A stretch of 22,583 nucleotides of DNA, taken from Elainellaceae cyanobacterium (GTDB lineage: Bacteria; Cyanobacteriota; Cyanobacteriia; CAZCXK01). Shown piece after piece: positions 9,766 to 17,190 of the stretch. The notes under the pieces were generated by a model, which was not told the DNA's origin, ran no database searches, and worked only from the letters and a program-made list of their open reading frames with translations. The translations under genes were made by a program, and so were the position numbers. Where the stretch lies: positions 1 through 22,583 of the forward strand of contig JBNPEG010000183.1 of NCBI GenBank assembly GCA_051117555.1, read 5' to 3'. Numbering within the stretch: the stretch's first letter is position 1; every line of letters begins with the position of its first letter.

Positions 9766-12163
9766 GCGGGCGATCGCCCGCCTGAGGAATCTTGACGGTA
9801 AAGGTGGTTCCAACTCCTGGTTTACTAGTTAGGGAAATGGTGCCATCGTGGAGGCGGACGCAGTGCCGCACAATCGATAGCCCCAATCCGGTTCCAGGTG
9901 TGCTCCCTACATTTCGAGCGCGGTGAAACTCATCAAATACTTGGTGCTGTTCATCCGTTGGGATGCCGATGCCCTCATCTCGAATGTGAAATTCGATGGA
10001 GTGTCCGTCACTTGCTACCTCGAAATGAACGGGGGCATCTGGAGGTGAATATTTGACCGCATTAGACAGCAAGTTGACTAGGATGAGACGCAGAATGTTG
10101 CGATCGCACGTGAGCATATCGGGGGGATGCTGACAGGTTAAGATCACGTTGCGTCCACTGCCAACGCTCATCTGAATTTCGTCTACAATGTCTCGACAAA
10201 ACGCTGCTGTATCTAAGGAGACCAGATTTAGTTCTAGCTTGCCTGCTTCTGCTTTGCTGACAATCAGCACATCTTCCATGAGCTGAGCCATCGTGGCGAT
10301 CGCCCCTCGAATTTGATGGAAATAGGCCTTTTTCCTAAGCTCATCGGCACGATGTCCATAATGCTCAAGCAGTTCAATTGAGGTCCGCAGGACAGTCAGC
10401 GGCGTCCGAATTTCGTGAGACACCATCGATACAAATCGAGAATTTAATTCTCCAAATTCCCGCTCTTGTTCTAATGCCTTACGAATCTCAATCTCAACCT
10501 GCTTATAGGGAGTAATGTCTTCAATCATTAGGAGCATCCCCCGAGGAGATTCTAGCCCTACTTCAGACTGACGATGGTCGTATCTAGCCAGAGCAGGGTG
10601 ATATACCAACGGCTCAAGTCGCACGTCAAACCACTGCTCACCTAGCTGTGTTTCCCAATGCGTTGCCTGAACGCCCTGAAGCTTTCGGAGGTGAGCGTGC
10701 CAGTCTGGTTGTTTGACCCACCTGGGAATGAAGCCACTCTGGAGGCGATCGCCCACTTGAATCGGAATCAAATCTGCTGCTACCGGGTTGCAAAACCAAA
10801 CTCGCCCGTCCCAGTCAGCGGCTACTATGCCCACCGATAAACTGCGGGCGATCGCGGCATGAGCTGATTGAGACCGACCAAACTGTTCTGCAAGTTGAGC
10901 CAACTGCTGCACCCTCTGCATGGCGATGGGTTGAAAGCGTTCAACAGCCTGTAACGGGTGCTGATTTCCCATCATCAATTGCTGAGCCGCTCCTGGGTAT
11001 TCTCGATCAGGGTCGGTCGAGGTCGACCCCAACACCAGATCATAGTGATACATCTGCCACAGCGTTTCGATATCGTTTTGGAGGCGGGCATTCGCTCTTA
11101 ACCGCTCACCGATATCGGTTGTGCCTGCGCCCAGCGTAATCAGCGCAACAGGCCACACGGCGGGGAACCAATAATTAAGTTTGAACGTAACCAGGACGAC
11201 GACCATCCAGCTTAAACACAGCACTAACCAAGCCACCCAGAGTCGTTTGAGCCCTCGATTTGCAAACGCAATGCTTAATCCAGGCCCCCCAAGCAGCAGT
11301 ATGATCACAATCCAAGATATGCTGGGGACTTGAAGAAAATTACGTTGAAGTACATTATTGATAACCGCCGCATGTAAATGAATTCCGTTCGCGGGCGGTT
11401 CACGATTGTAAGGCGTCGAAATTGGAGCAAGTCCTGCTACTGCTACGCCGAAGATGACGATTTTGTTCTGAAAGTTGTGTGCGGGAATGTCGCCGTTCAA
11501 GACGCTCAGCATTGAATAATGAGGAATCTGCTCAATCGGTCCCGCCCAGTTGATCCACAAAGGCGATTGAAAATTAGGGAACGGGACGGGTTCTTGAATG
11601 AGCGCATAGGATTGGGTGGCTGCTAAGCCTAACGCAGGCACGCCCTGAATCTCGGGTGCGATTGCCCGAGTTACTCCATCTGTGCTGGGGCGATTTAGGA
11701 CATGTCCCAGATTGAGGGCGACCTGTTCAAGTTGAGGATTGGGTAAGATCGGCTGACCTTCATTGTCCCAGGCTTGTGCTAGGACGACGCGTCCGTGATG
11801 CCCGATTGCAGTTGCCAACTGAGAATCAGATGAACTCGGCTCAGCCAAGACGATCCCCATCACCAAAATATTCGATTTTTCTTGCGCCAGGCGGGTAATC
11901 AGTTGCGCATAGTAGCGTCGATCTAACGGAAACGCCCCCAACGTTTCGAGAGTTGCTTCGTCGATTTCGATTATGACAACCCGGTCGTCCCAGGAGTATG
12001 CCCCTCGAATCTGAAACGCCAGATTATAGGCAATTTGTTCTAACGGTCGCCAAACACCTAAGCTCAACGAAGCTCCAACAAACCCTGCAGCGATCGCTCC
12101 AGGCAGTACCGACCAGCCTAGGCGAGCCAATGTGCGTTTTAGTTTAGGGAACCGCAAGTTCAT
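9749..12163 (-). CDS. CHASE2-domain sensor histidine kinase (CHASE2, 3 TM, PAS-like, HisKA, HATPase)
   Basis: CHASE2 'VVIIEIDEATL...FQNKIVIFG...GIHLHAAVINN', three TM helices, H-box 'SHEIRTPL', N-box 'NLLSNAVKYS', G boxes 'DEGIGIP' and 'GTGLGLSIV'. Confidence 0.92.
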   Translation of the reverse strand: MNLRFPKLKRTLARLGWSVLPGAIAAGFVGASLSLGVWRPLEQIAYNLAFQIRGAYSWDDRVVIIEIDEATLETLGAFPLDRRYYAQLITRLAQEKSNILVMGIVLAEPSSSDSQLATAIGHHGRVVLAQAWDNEGQPILPNPQLEQVALNLGHVLNRPSTDGVTRAIAPEIQGVPALGLAATQSYALIQEPVPFPNFQSPLWINWAGPIEQIPHYSMLSVLNGDIPAHNFQNKIVIFGVAVAGLAPISTPYNREPPANGIHLHAAVINNVLQRNFLQVPSISWIVIILLLGGPGLSIAFANRGLKRLWVAWLVLCLSWMVVVLVTFKLNYWFPAVWPVALITLGAGTTDIGERLRANARLQNDIETLWQMYHYDLVLGSTSTDPDREYPGAAQQLMMGNQHPLQAVERFQPIAMQRVQQLAQLAEQFGRSQSAHAAIARSLSVGIVAADWDGRVWFCNPVAADLIPIQVGDRLQSGFIPRWVKQPDWHAHLRKLQGVQATHWETQLGEQWFDVRLEPLVYHPALARYDHRQSEVGLESPRGMLLMIEDITPYKQVEIEIRKALEQEREFGELNSRFVSMVSHEIRTPLTVLRTSIELLEHYGHRADELRKKAYFHQIRGAIATMAQLMEDVLIVSKAEAGKLELNLVSLDTAAFCRDIVDEIQMSVGSGRNVILTCQHPPDMLTCDRNILRLILVNLLSNAVKYSPPDAPVHFEVASDGHSIEFHIRDEGIGIPTDEQHQVFDEFHRARNVGSTPGTGLGLSIVRHCVRLHDGTISLTSKPGVGTTFTVKIPQAGDRPLTVAC
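9766..9781. repeat. 16-bp perfect palindrome GCGGGCGATCGCCCGC (extended HIP1)
   Basis: Read directly. Begins immediately after the tex stop codon, at the convergent tex/kinase overlap. Confidence 0.8.
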
Positions 12164-13013
12164 AGGCTTGCCGCAGGCTTAATGGGGTGATTACAACTGC
12201 TTCGATGCGTCGAGAAGGCGGCAGGGGCACGGAGACATCAAATCGTCCGTCTGGATCAACGGTCTGAGAAAGTCCCTCGATAATTAATAAATTCACCGGA
12301 TCAATCTGCCCAATAATTGTCGCTGTTTCATTATCTGGAGTCGTTAGCACCCTGAGACGAAGGCTTGGATCACCCCGTCCTTCTAAAGGAACGGGGGGAG
12401 ATGGCGGTTCACCTGGAATCGTTAGATTTTGAAACCCAGCATCGACATCAACCGTTTCTCCTTGGGCTCTGGTTATGACACTACCGTCTAGCGTGGCGAC
12501 TCCCATTTTGCCGTCAGGTTGAACTGCGATGCCAAACTCAGTGCCTCTAACCCCGCTCCAACCCGCTGGAGTTTCAATTTCCAATTCTGAACTATCGTTA
12601 GTAAATGGACGTACCCGCAGCCGTGCCTGACCCTGAGGAATCTGCAGTCGAGTGATTTTTCCTCCATCAGACGTTGTTCTCAACTCTTGAAGCCGAACGA
12701 GTGTATTCTCTGAAACATCAATGAAACCGATATTAGTATCGACTGCCAAGATTGAGCCCGACCTGGCTGCGGTTGAGATAGCATCTCCAACCCGTTGAAG
12801 ACGATTGCCGACTTGAGCAGGACTTGCCCGCTGATTAGTCGGACGAAATGCCACCGTTCCGTTAACTTGACGAACTTCTAGCCATCGATCAACTCGAACT
12901 TGAATAGGCAGATCGGCGAGAGCAATGCGAGTTACAAACACAACTGAAAATATGATAGCGATCGCCCATTTTACATTCAAAGAAAAATTGAAAATCTTGA
13001 TTCGATTCATCAC
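12144..13013 (-). CDS. Exported FecR-domain protein
   Basis: N-terminal hydrophobic signal segment, FecR-type motifs 'GDAISTAARS' and 'IETPAGWSGVRGTEFGI'. Overlaps the kinase start by 20 nt. Confidence 0.85.
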   Translation of the reverse strand: MMNRIKIFNFSLNVKWAIAIIFSVVFVTRIALADLPIQVRVDRWLEVRQVNGTVAFRPTNQRASPAQVGNRLQRVGDAISTAARSGSILAVDTNIGFIDVSENTLVRLQELRTTSDGGKITRLQIPQGQARLRVRPFTNDSSELEIETPAGWSGVRGTEFGIAVQPDGKMGVATLDGSVITRAQGETVDVDAGFQNLTIPGEPPSPPVPLEGRGDPSLRLRVLTTPDNETATIIGQIDPVNLLIIEGLSQTVDPDGRFDVSVPLPPSRRIEAVVITPLSLRQAYELAVP

Positions 13014-13048
13014 GAAATTTGTGTGCGAGGTATCTTCAAATTTTCCTC

Positions 13049-13140
13049 TATAGCAATCCTAGATGGGTTATGAGCAGTGGGGCGAGCGCAGCCCGCCCCA
13101 CTGCTCAAACACAATTCATAAGCGATTTAGGACTGCTATA
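13049..13140. repeat. 92-bp MITE-like element with an internal GC-rich hairpin
   Basis: Imperfect 25-bp terminal inverted repeats (TATAGCAATCCTAGATGGGTTATGA versus the reverse complement of the right end TATAGCAGTCCTAAATCGCTTATGA, 21/25). Internal 14-bp perfect stem TGAGCAGTGGGGCG/CGCCCCACTGCTCA (13071-13107) around a GC-GCA-GC loop. Confidence 0.8.
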
Positions 13141-13144
13141 ACCG

Positions 13145-13840
13145 ATGTCGTATGGATTGAATAAAATTAGACTGGAATTCTCAAAAGCCTCATTAACTAT
13201 GAAATTTCAATTATGGTTCGGGTCAACTTTTTCTCAATTCTTAATGATTCTAAGTCCACTAGGAATTTTAGCGCTCCCGTTGATGGCTCAACCAGGCAAG
13301 GCATTCCCTCAAACCAACTTCAATCCAGCAGAATCTAATGAATCCATCCGCGATGCGCCAACCAAACTTGTCTCGGATCGAACATCAGAAAGTACTCTAT
13401 CGATTTCATCCTCTGTTTCGGGAGAAGCAGTGGCTGCCCCAGGCTCTAAAAACGTTAGTCAGAGTGATAGTTCTGAAGACGTATCAGGCAACGAAATGCC
13501 ATCAGGAGAATTGCAATCTGGTGACGAACAAACCGAGTTATTAGACCAACCTGCTAATGAGTTAATTGACCTCAATTCCGAATCTTCTGAATCGAATGAT
13601 GAACCAATTCTGTTGGGACAGCCCGACGATTCTCCCTATGTGGTTGCAATTCCTGCCCGACGCGACGATTTGCTGGAACAGGTGCAAGATAGTATTCCAA
13701 CTGCTTTTTTAACAGATTCTCGTCGAGGGCAATACATTCAAGTGGGTGCATTCCCAAGGCGATCGCTCGCGGAAGAACTGAGTAGGGGTCTCCGCGATCA
13801 GGGGTTTGATGCCCGCGTCGTCTATTTCCCGGTGCGTTAA
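13145..13840 (+). CDS. SPOR-domain protein (signal/TM segment, acidic Ser-rich linker, C-terminal SPOR-like domain)
   Basis: C-terminal 'YIQVGAFPRRSLAEELSRGLRDQGFDARVVY'. The true start may be a later ATG such as 13199. Confidence 0.75.
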   Translation: MSYGLNKIRLEFSKASLTMKFQLWFGSTFSQFLMILSPLGILALPLMAQPGKAFPQTNFNPAESNESIRDAPTKLVSDRTSESTLSISSSVSGEAVAAPGSKNVSQSDSSEDVSGNEMPSGELQSGDEQTELLDQPANELIDLNSESSESNDEPILLGQPDDSPYVVAIPARRDDLLEQVQDSIPTAFLTDSRRGQYIQVGAFPRRSLAEELSRGLRDQGFDARVVYFPVR

Positions 13841-13877
13841 AGAATCAAGTTATCGATAGCTGGTCAGCAGGCTTGAT

Positions 13878-14489
13878 TTAGTCGGCAGGCACATCATCCT
13901 CGTCGTCGTATGACATCGACATCAGCCGCTGCCGCACCAAATTCTCGAAATGATAGAGATATGCTGCAATGATGACCCATAGGAGGGTAGACATTCGAAA
14001 AAGGGGGCGGGCTTGATCCCACCAGTGCATCATGTCGTTTAGGAAGCTGAGAGATAGCGGAAACGCCCCTAAGATTGCAGTTGCCACGAGGGTTGAAATG
14101 ATGATGACAAGCCAGCTATAGAGTCCTTCCCACCAGCTCATCAAGCCCGGTAACACACTCTGACTGCCAATCATGCCAGGGATTTGCGTCTCTGGAAAAA
14201 ATCGATCCAAGATGAGCTGTAACAGATGATGCATGATTGCAATCAGAATCACGGGGGAAAGGATGGCAACTGCCCCAAACAAGAGTCCGAGCCGGGGAGA
14301 TATGCGTGCAAGAAACAGGGCAAGTTGCCAAACGAACGATGCGCTTGCTGCCAAGCCACCTGTGAGCAGAGTTAGAAACGCTGCGCTAAACCATGAGGTT
14401 GGATAGGGAATCCAAGCGGGCCAGTTGTCCATGTTGATAGCGATGGGCATGAATACAACCCCTATGACGGACTTATTGAGCCGCGACAA
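13878..14489 (-). CDS. Hypothetical integral membrane protein (about 4 TM)
   Basis: Long ORF with hydrophobic segments, 5 nt downstream of the 110-aa gene. Start uncertain (ATG at 14489 or 14450). Confidence 0.7.
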   Translation of the reverse strand: MSRLNKSVIGVVFMPIAINMDNWPAWIPYPTSWFSAAFLTLLTGGLAASASFVWQLALFLARISPRLGLLFGAVAILSPVILIAIMHHLLQLILDRFFPETQIPGMIGSQSVLPGLMSWWEGLYSWLVIIISTLVATAILGAFPLSLSFLNDMMHWWDQARPLFRMSTLLWVIIAAYLYHFENLVRQRLMSMSYDDEDDVPAD

Positions 14490-14494
14490 CTATC

Positions 14495-14827
14495 TTAGTC
14501 GCGATCGCCATCCTCTAGAAATAGTTTGTAGCCGACCCAGGCGATCGCTCCCACGATAATCGCCCATATCAGCCAGATTGCGATGAAAGCACTTACTCTC
14601 AGGATGACCGCTGCCACGAGCACCATGAGCATAAATTTGCCAACGTTAGTCAGCTTCTTGAGCCATCGCTTGGGCTTAGGCTTACCGTGTTTGACTGTCG
14701 GATAAATAGGGATTTCCTTTTGGGAGAGTTCAGCTTCTAATTCGCGCAGCCGAATCTCTCTTTCTCGTCGTTGAAGTTCTAATTCTCGCCGCTTCAGACT
14801 GTTCTCTCGGTCATTCCTGGAATTCAT
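14495..14827 (-). CDS. Small hypothetical protein: charged coiled coil plus two C-terminal TM helices
   Basis: 'RRELELQRREREIRLRELEAEL' followed by a hydrophobic hairpin. Confidence 0.75.
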   Translation of the reverse strand: MNSRNDRENSLKRRELELQRREREIRLRELEAELSQKEIPIYPTVKHGKPKPKRWLKKLTNVGKFMLMVLVAAVILRVSAFIAIWLIWAIIVGAIAWVGYKLFLEDGDRD

Positions 14828-14944
14828 GACGCGATTGTTCTTAATCTCAAATAATCAGGGTGTCCTGATGCACATTTCACTCACTCTATCAATAACAATA
14901 GCCTTCTTGACGATGAAATGCCCAGATTAGGAGCTGAAAAACTC

Positions 14945-14982
14945 GTCATCCCCTGAGATTGCTTCACTGCGTTCGCAATGAC
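14945..14982. repeat. REP-like palindromic unit (GAGATTGCTTC...CGCAATGAC type)
   Basis: GTCAT...ATGAC ends and an ATTGC...GCAAT stem. Resembles a widespread bacterial REP-like family (recalled, not searched). Confidence 0.55.
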
Positions 14983-15100
14983 TAGAACAGCGTTCGCGAT
15001 TCGCCATCTGATTTTCGAGCTAGTTCAGCTAAGCTTAAACGCAGTTTATAGCTGATAAGTCCCGTTGTACTGGCGTGGCACAACCAAAATAGTGCATCAG

Positions 15101-15131
15101 GTAGGGTGTCGTTAGCGCAGCGTAACGCACC
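15101..15131 (+). repeat. GTAG-type REP element GTAGGGTGTCGTTAGCGCAGCGTAACGCACC
   Basis: 5' GTAG tetranucleotide followed by an imperfect hairpin GGTG(T)CGTTA-GCGCAGCG-TAACGCACC, the architecture of RAYT-associated REPs. Confidence 0.7.
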
Positions 15132-15249
15132 GGATTCAAGAGCTTCAGCCCTTTAAGGATTTGCATCATCTTAAGCATGTCAGACCACTACATTTGATTC
15201 AGCCCACCTACTTAGTGGGCATCCATCTAGGTGCTCCATATGAGTTGTT

Positions 15250-15837
15250 TTAGGGATGAGTCAACACCTGCGCTACTGTCAGCGGTGTCCTCTGCCCCAA
15301 CTCTTGCAACAGCCCAGAGACAATCTCGGCATTCCCCTCAAACACCGCTTCTTCATATAAGCCTTCCACCAAACTCAACACCATAACCTGCCGCCGTATG
15401 GGGTCGATAATCCAATATTCTGCAATGCCTCGTGCCTGATACTGCGATCGCTTATAGCGATAATCTCGGTCTTCGTTCTTCTTTCCGGGGCTAACAACCT
15501 CCACTACTAATTGCGGCGGCGGCATGTCGAGCATCACCATTGAGCGGTGAGCTCCTTCCAATGCTTGCGCCAGTTCTTCTGACAACACCATCAGGTCTGG
15601 CAGACGCACTGTTGCTCTAGTGCCACTCACCGCCACTTCTGTCTTCATGGTCAATCGGGACGGTAGAATTCCATGCTGAGCAAAATACACCAGCAAAAAC
15701 ATCGCAATCCGCCGATTCGTCTCACTCTCTGGCGGCATCACCAATAGTTCTCCGTCCTCAAGTTCGTAGCGAGTGTCGGCGCCGTCATCATAGTTGAGGT
15801 AGTCCTCAAAGGTCATACGTTGAGAGGTGATGGTCAT
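15250..15837 (-). CDS. Uma2 family (DUF820) endonuclease
   Basis: 'MTFEDYL...RYELEDGEL..MPPES', 'RLPDLMV', 'LVVEVVSPG', 'DYRYKRSQY...GIAEYWIIDP'. ATG at 15837. Confidence 0.92.
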   Translation of the reverse strand: MTITSQRMTFEDYLNYDDGADTRYELEDGELLVMPPESETNRRIAMFLLVYFAQHGILPSRLTMKTEVAVSGTRATVRLPDLMVLSEELAQALEGAHRSMVMLDMPPPQLVVEVVSPGKKNEDRDYRYKRSQYQARGIAEYWIIDPIRRQVMVLSLVEGLYEEAVFEGNAEIVSGLLQELGQRTPLTVAQVLTHP

Positions 15838-15871
15838 GACTCTTGATCCTCCCAAGATGCTGATTGATTTA

Positions 15872-15918
15872 AGGCGGCACCCGGATTCGAACCGGGGGAT
15901 AAAGGATTTGCAGTCCTC
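15872..15918 (-). pseudogene. 3' half of tRNA-Cys(GCA); probable att site of an integrated element
   Basis: Minus strand reads GAGGA-CT-GCA-AA-TCCTT TATC CCCCG-GTTCGAAT-CCGGG TGCCGCC T (anticodon arm, T arm, 3' acceptor strand). The required 5' acceptor strand GGCGGCA and the D arm are absent upstream (…GGCTATGAAAAT instead). Confidence 0.9.
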
Positions 15919-15952
15919 ATTTTCATAGCCTGAACATTCTCTTATCTAGGTG

Positions 15953-15974
15953 TTTCCAGATTGCTTTCCAGATT
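15953..15974. repeat. Tandem 10-bp direct repeat TTTCCAGATT x2 (putative integrase arm-type sites)
   Basis: Copies at 15953-15962 and 15965-15974, about 35 bp inside the att core. Confidence 0.6.
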
Positions 15975-15991
15975 CTTGCTTAAAACTTAAC

Positions 15992-16573
15992 CTAAAATCT
16001 ACTGATCATAAACCCATTTTCATCTAGTTCAAACGGCATTTTATTCGCGGTGCCAATCTGATTTAGAGCCTCGATTTCTTCCGCTGTAGGTTGGGCAACG
16101 GCTGAGATCGCATTCCAAGTGTTCGCAACATCACTCAAAATTGAGGGATTATTCCCTACCTCTCCCAACATCCAAATCAAAGCAGCGTTCAGCGTTTGCG
16201 TTGTGCTGCTGGTGCCAACAATCCTCAAATATGCAGAATGAATCAAAACCTGCGCTCTGAACTGATTCCAGTTAGGCGTAGGTTGGGGGGGAGCTGCGGG
16301 GGGAGCTGCGGCTGTATCTTGATCTGCCAGAAAGCCAAGGTATGCCTCGATCCGCTCAATATACATAGAGCGATCGCCAAACTCATCAGGAGCGGGCACC
16401 TGGTCAGGATTCAGCAAGAAATGCAAATCAGGCGTCCACCGTTCATGCGTTCCTATGGGTGGCAATTGCGCTTGAGGCTCTAGCGCTTGGAATTGCTCAC
16501 GCGATAGAGAAACAGATTGCTCTCCGTCAGCCATCAACACCCATTTATCCGTTACTTGAAAATAGGAAATCAT
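15992..16573 (-). CDS. Hypothetical protein, possibly a fibre-assembly or chaperone partner of the tail-collar protein
   Basis: ATG at 16573 overlaps the upstream TGA (ATGA). Two domains joined by an Ala/Pro linker. The function is inferred only from position. Confidence 0.65.
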   Translation of the reverse strand: MISYFQVTDKWVLMADGEQSVSLSREQFQALEPQAQLPPIGTHERWTPDLHFLLNPDQVPAPDEFGDRSMYIERIEAYLGFLADQDTAAAPPAAPPQPTPNWNQFRAQVLIHSAYLRIVGTSSTTQTLNAALIWMLGEVGNNPSILSDVANTWNAISAVAQPTAEEIEALNQIGTANKMPFELDENGFMISRF

Positions 16574-17187
16574 ACGCCTAACGCCCAAAGCTCTACATAT
16601 GCCTTACTGGGTGGGCAATTGTTGTGAGGTTGTCCCCCTCCCGTTTGTCCAGTTATGACGACGCCGATTTCCTTAAATAAATTGGGTTGCACAATCCATT
16701 GGATCTGTCCCCCTGCGTCATAGGTTCTGGCAGATTCCCCCTTCCCCTGCGGATTGCGTGGATGGTCATGAATGGGAATCTGAGGGATAGTGAGTATTTC
16801 CTGCTCACTCCCCCATCTACTCAACAAGTTTCGTTGAGTTAATCCGGTGCCTTTTCCCTGCATGACGGGCGATCGCCCCCGCATATCGGGGGGAGTCATG
16901 ACCTTTTTAGCCTGCCAATCTGCCTCTGGACTGGCTCCTTTTCCCCCTGCTACCGTCACTTCAGCGTTAGACCACAAGGCAAAGTAGAGAAATCTAAAGT
17001 CATCATCCTTTAACAATGCAGAGCTTAGGGATTGCCCAAACGATGATCCATTCGGGCAATACCACTTAAAGCCCTGCGGATCTATCCAGGGGTTGAGAGT
17101 GACAGAGTAGGGCAAATGTAGCACCGTTCCCACTAAGGGAGGATTGATGTTATAGACAACATCGTTTCTAGGGTTGATGGTTGGCAT
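16570..17187 (-). CDS. Phage tail-collar domain / short fibre protein (microcystin-dependent-protein-like)
   Basis: 'PLVGTV...WYCPNGS', 'PDMRGRSPVMQGKGTGLTQRNL...GSEQEILTIPQIPIHDH', 'TGGGQPHNNCPPS'. Confidence 0.8.
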   Translation of the reverse strand: MPTINPRNDVVYNINPPLVGTVLHLPYSVTLNPWIDPQGFKWYCPNGSSFGQSLSSALLKDDDFRFLYFALWSNAEVTVAGGKGASPEADWQAKKVMTPPDMRGRSPVMQGKGTGLTQRNLLSRWGSEQEILTIPQIPIHDHPRNPQGKGESARTYDAGGQIQWIVQPNLFKEIGVVITGQTGGGQPHNNCPPSKAYVELWALGV

Positions 17188-17190
17188 AGG

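Noticed and set aside
14945..15220. CRISPR array
   Set aside because: The palindromes differ from one another; no identical regularly spaced repeats and no cas genes.
15872..15945. Complete tRNA-Cys gene
   Set aside because: The 5' acceptor strand and D arm are missing; only the 3' half is present.
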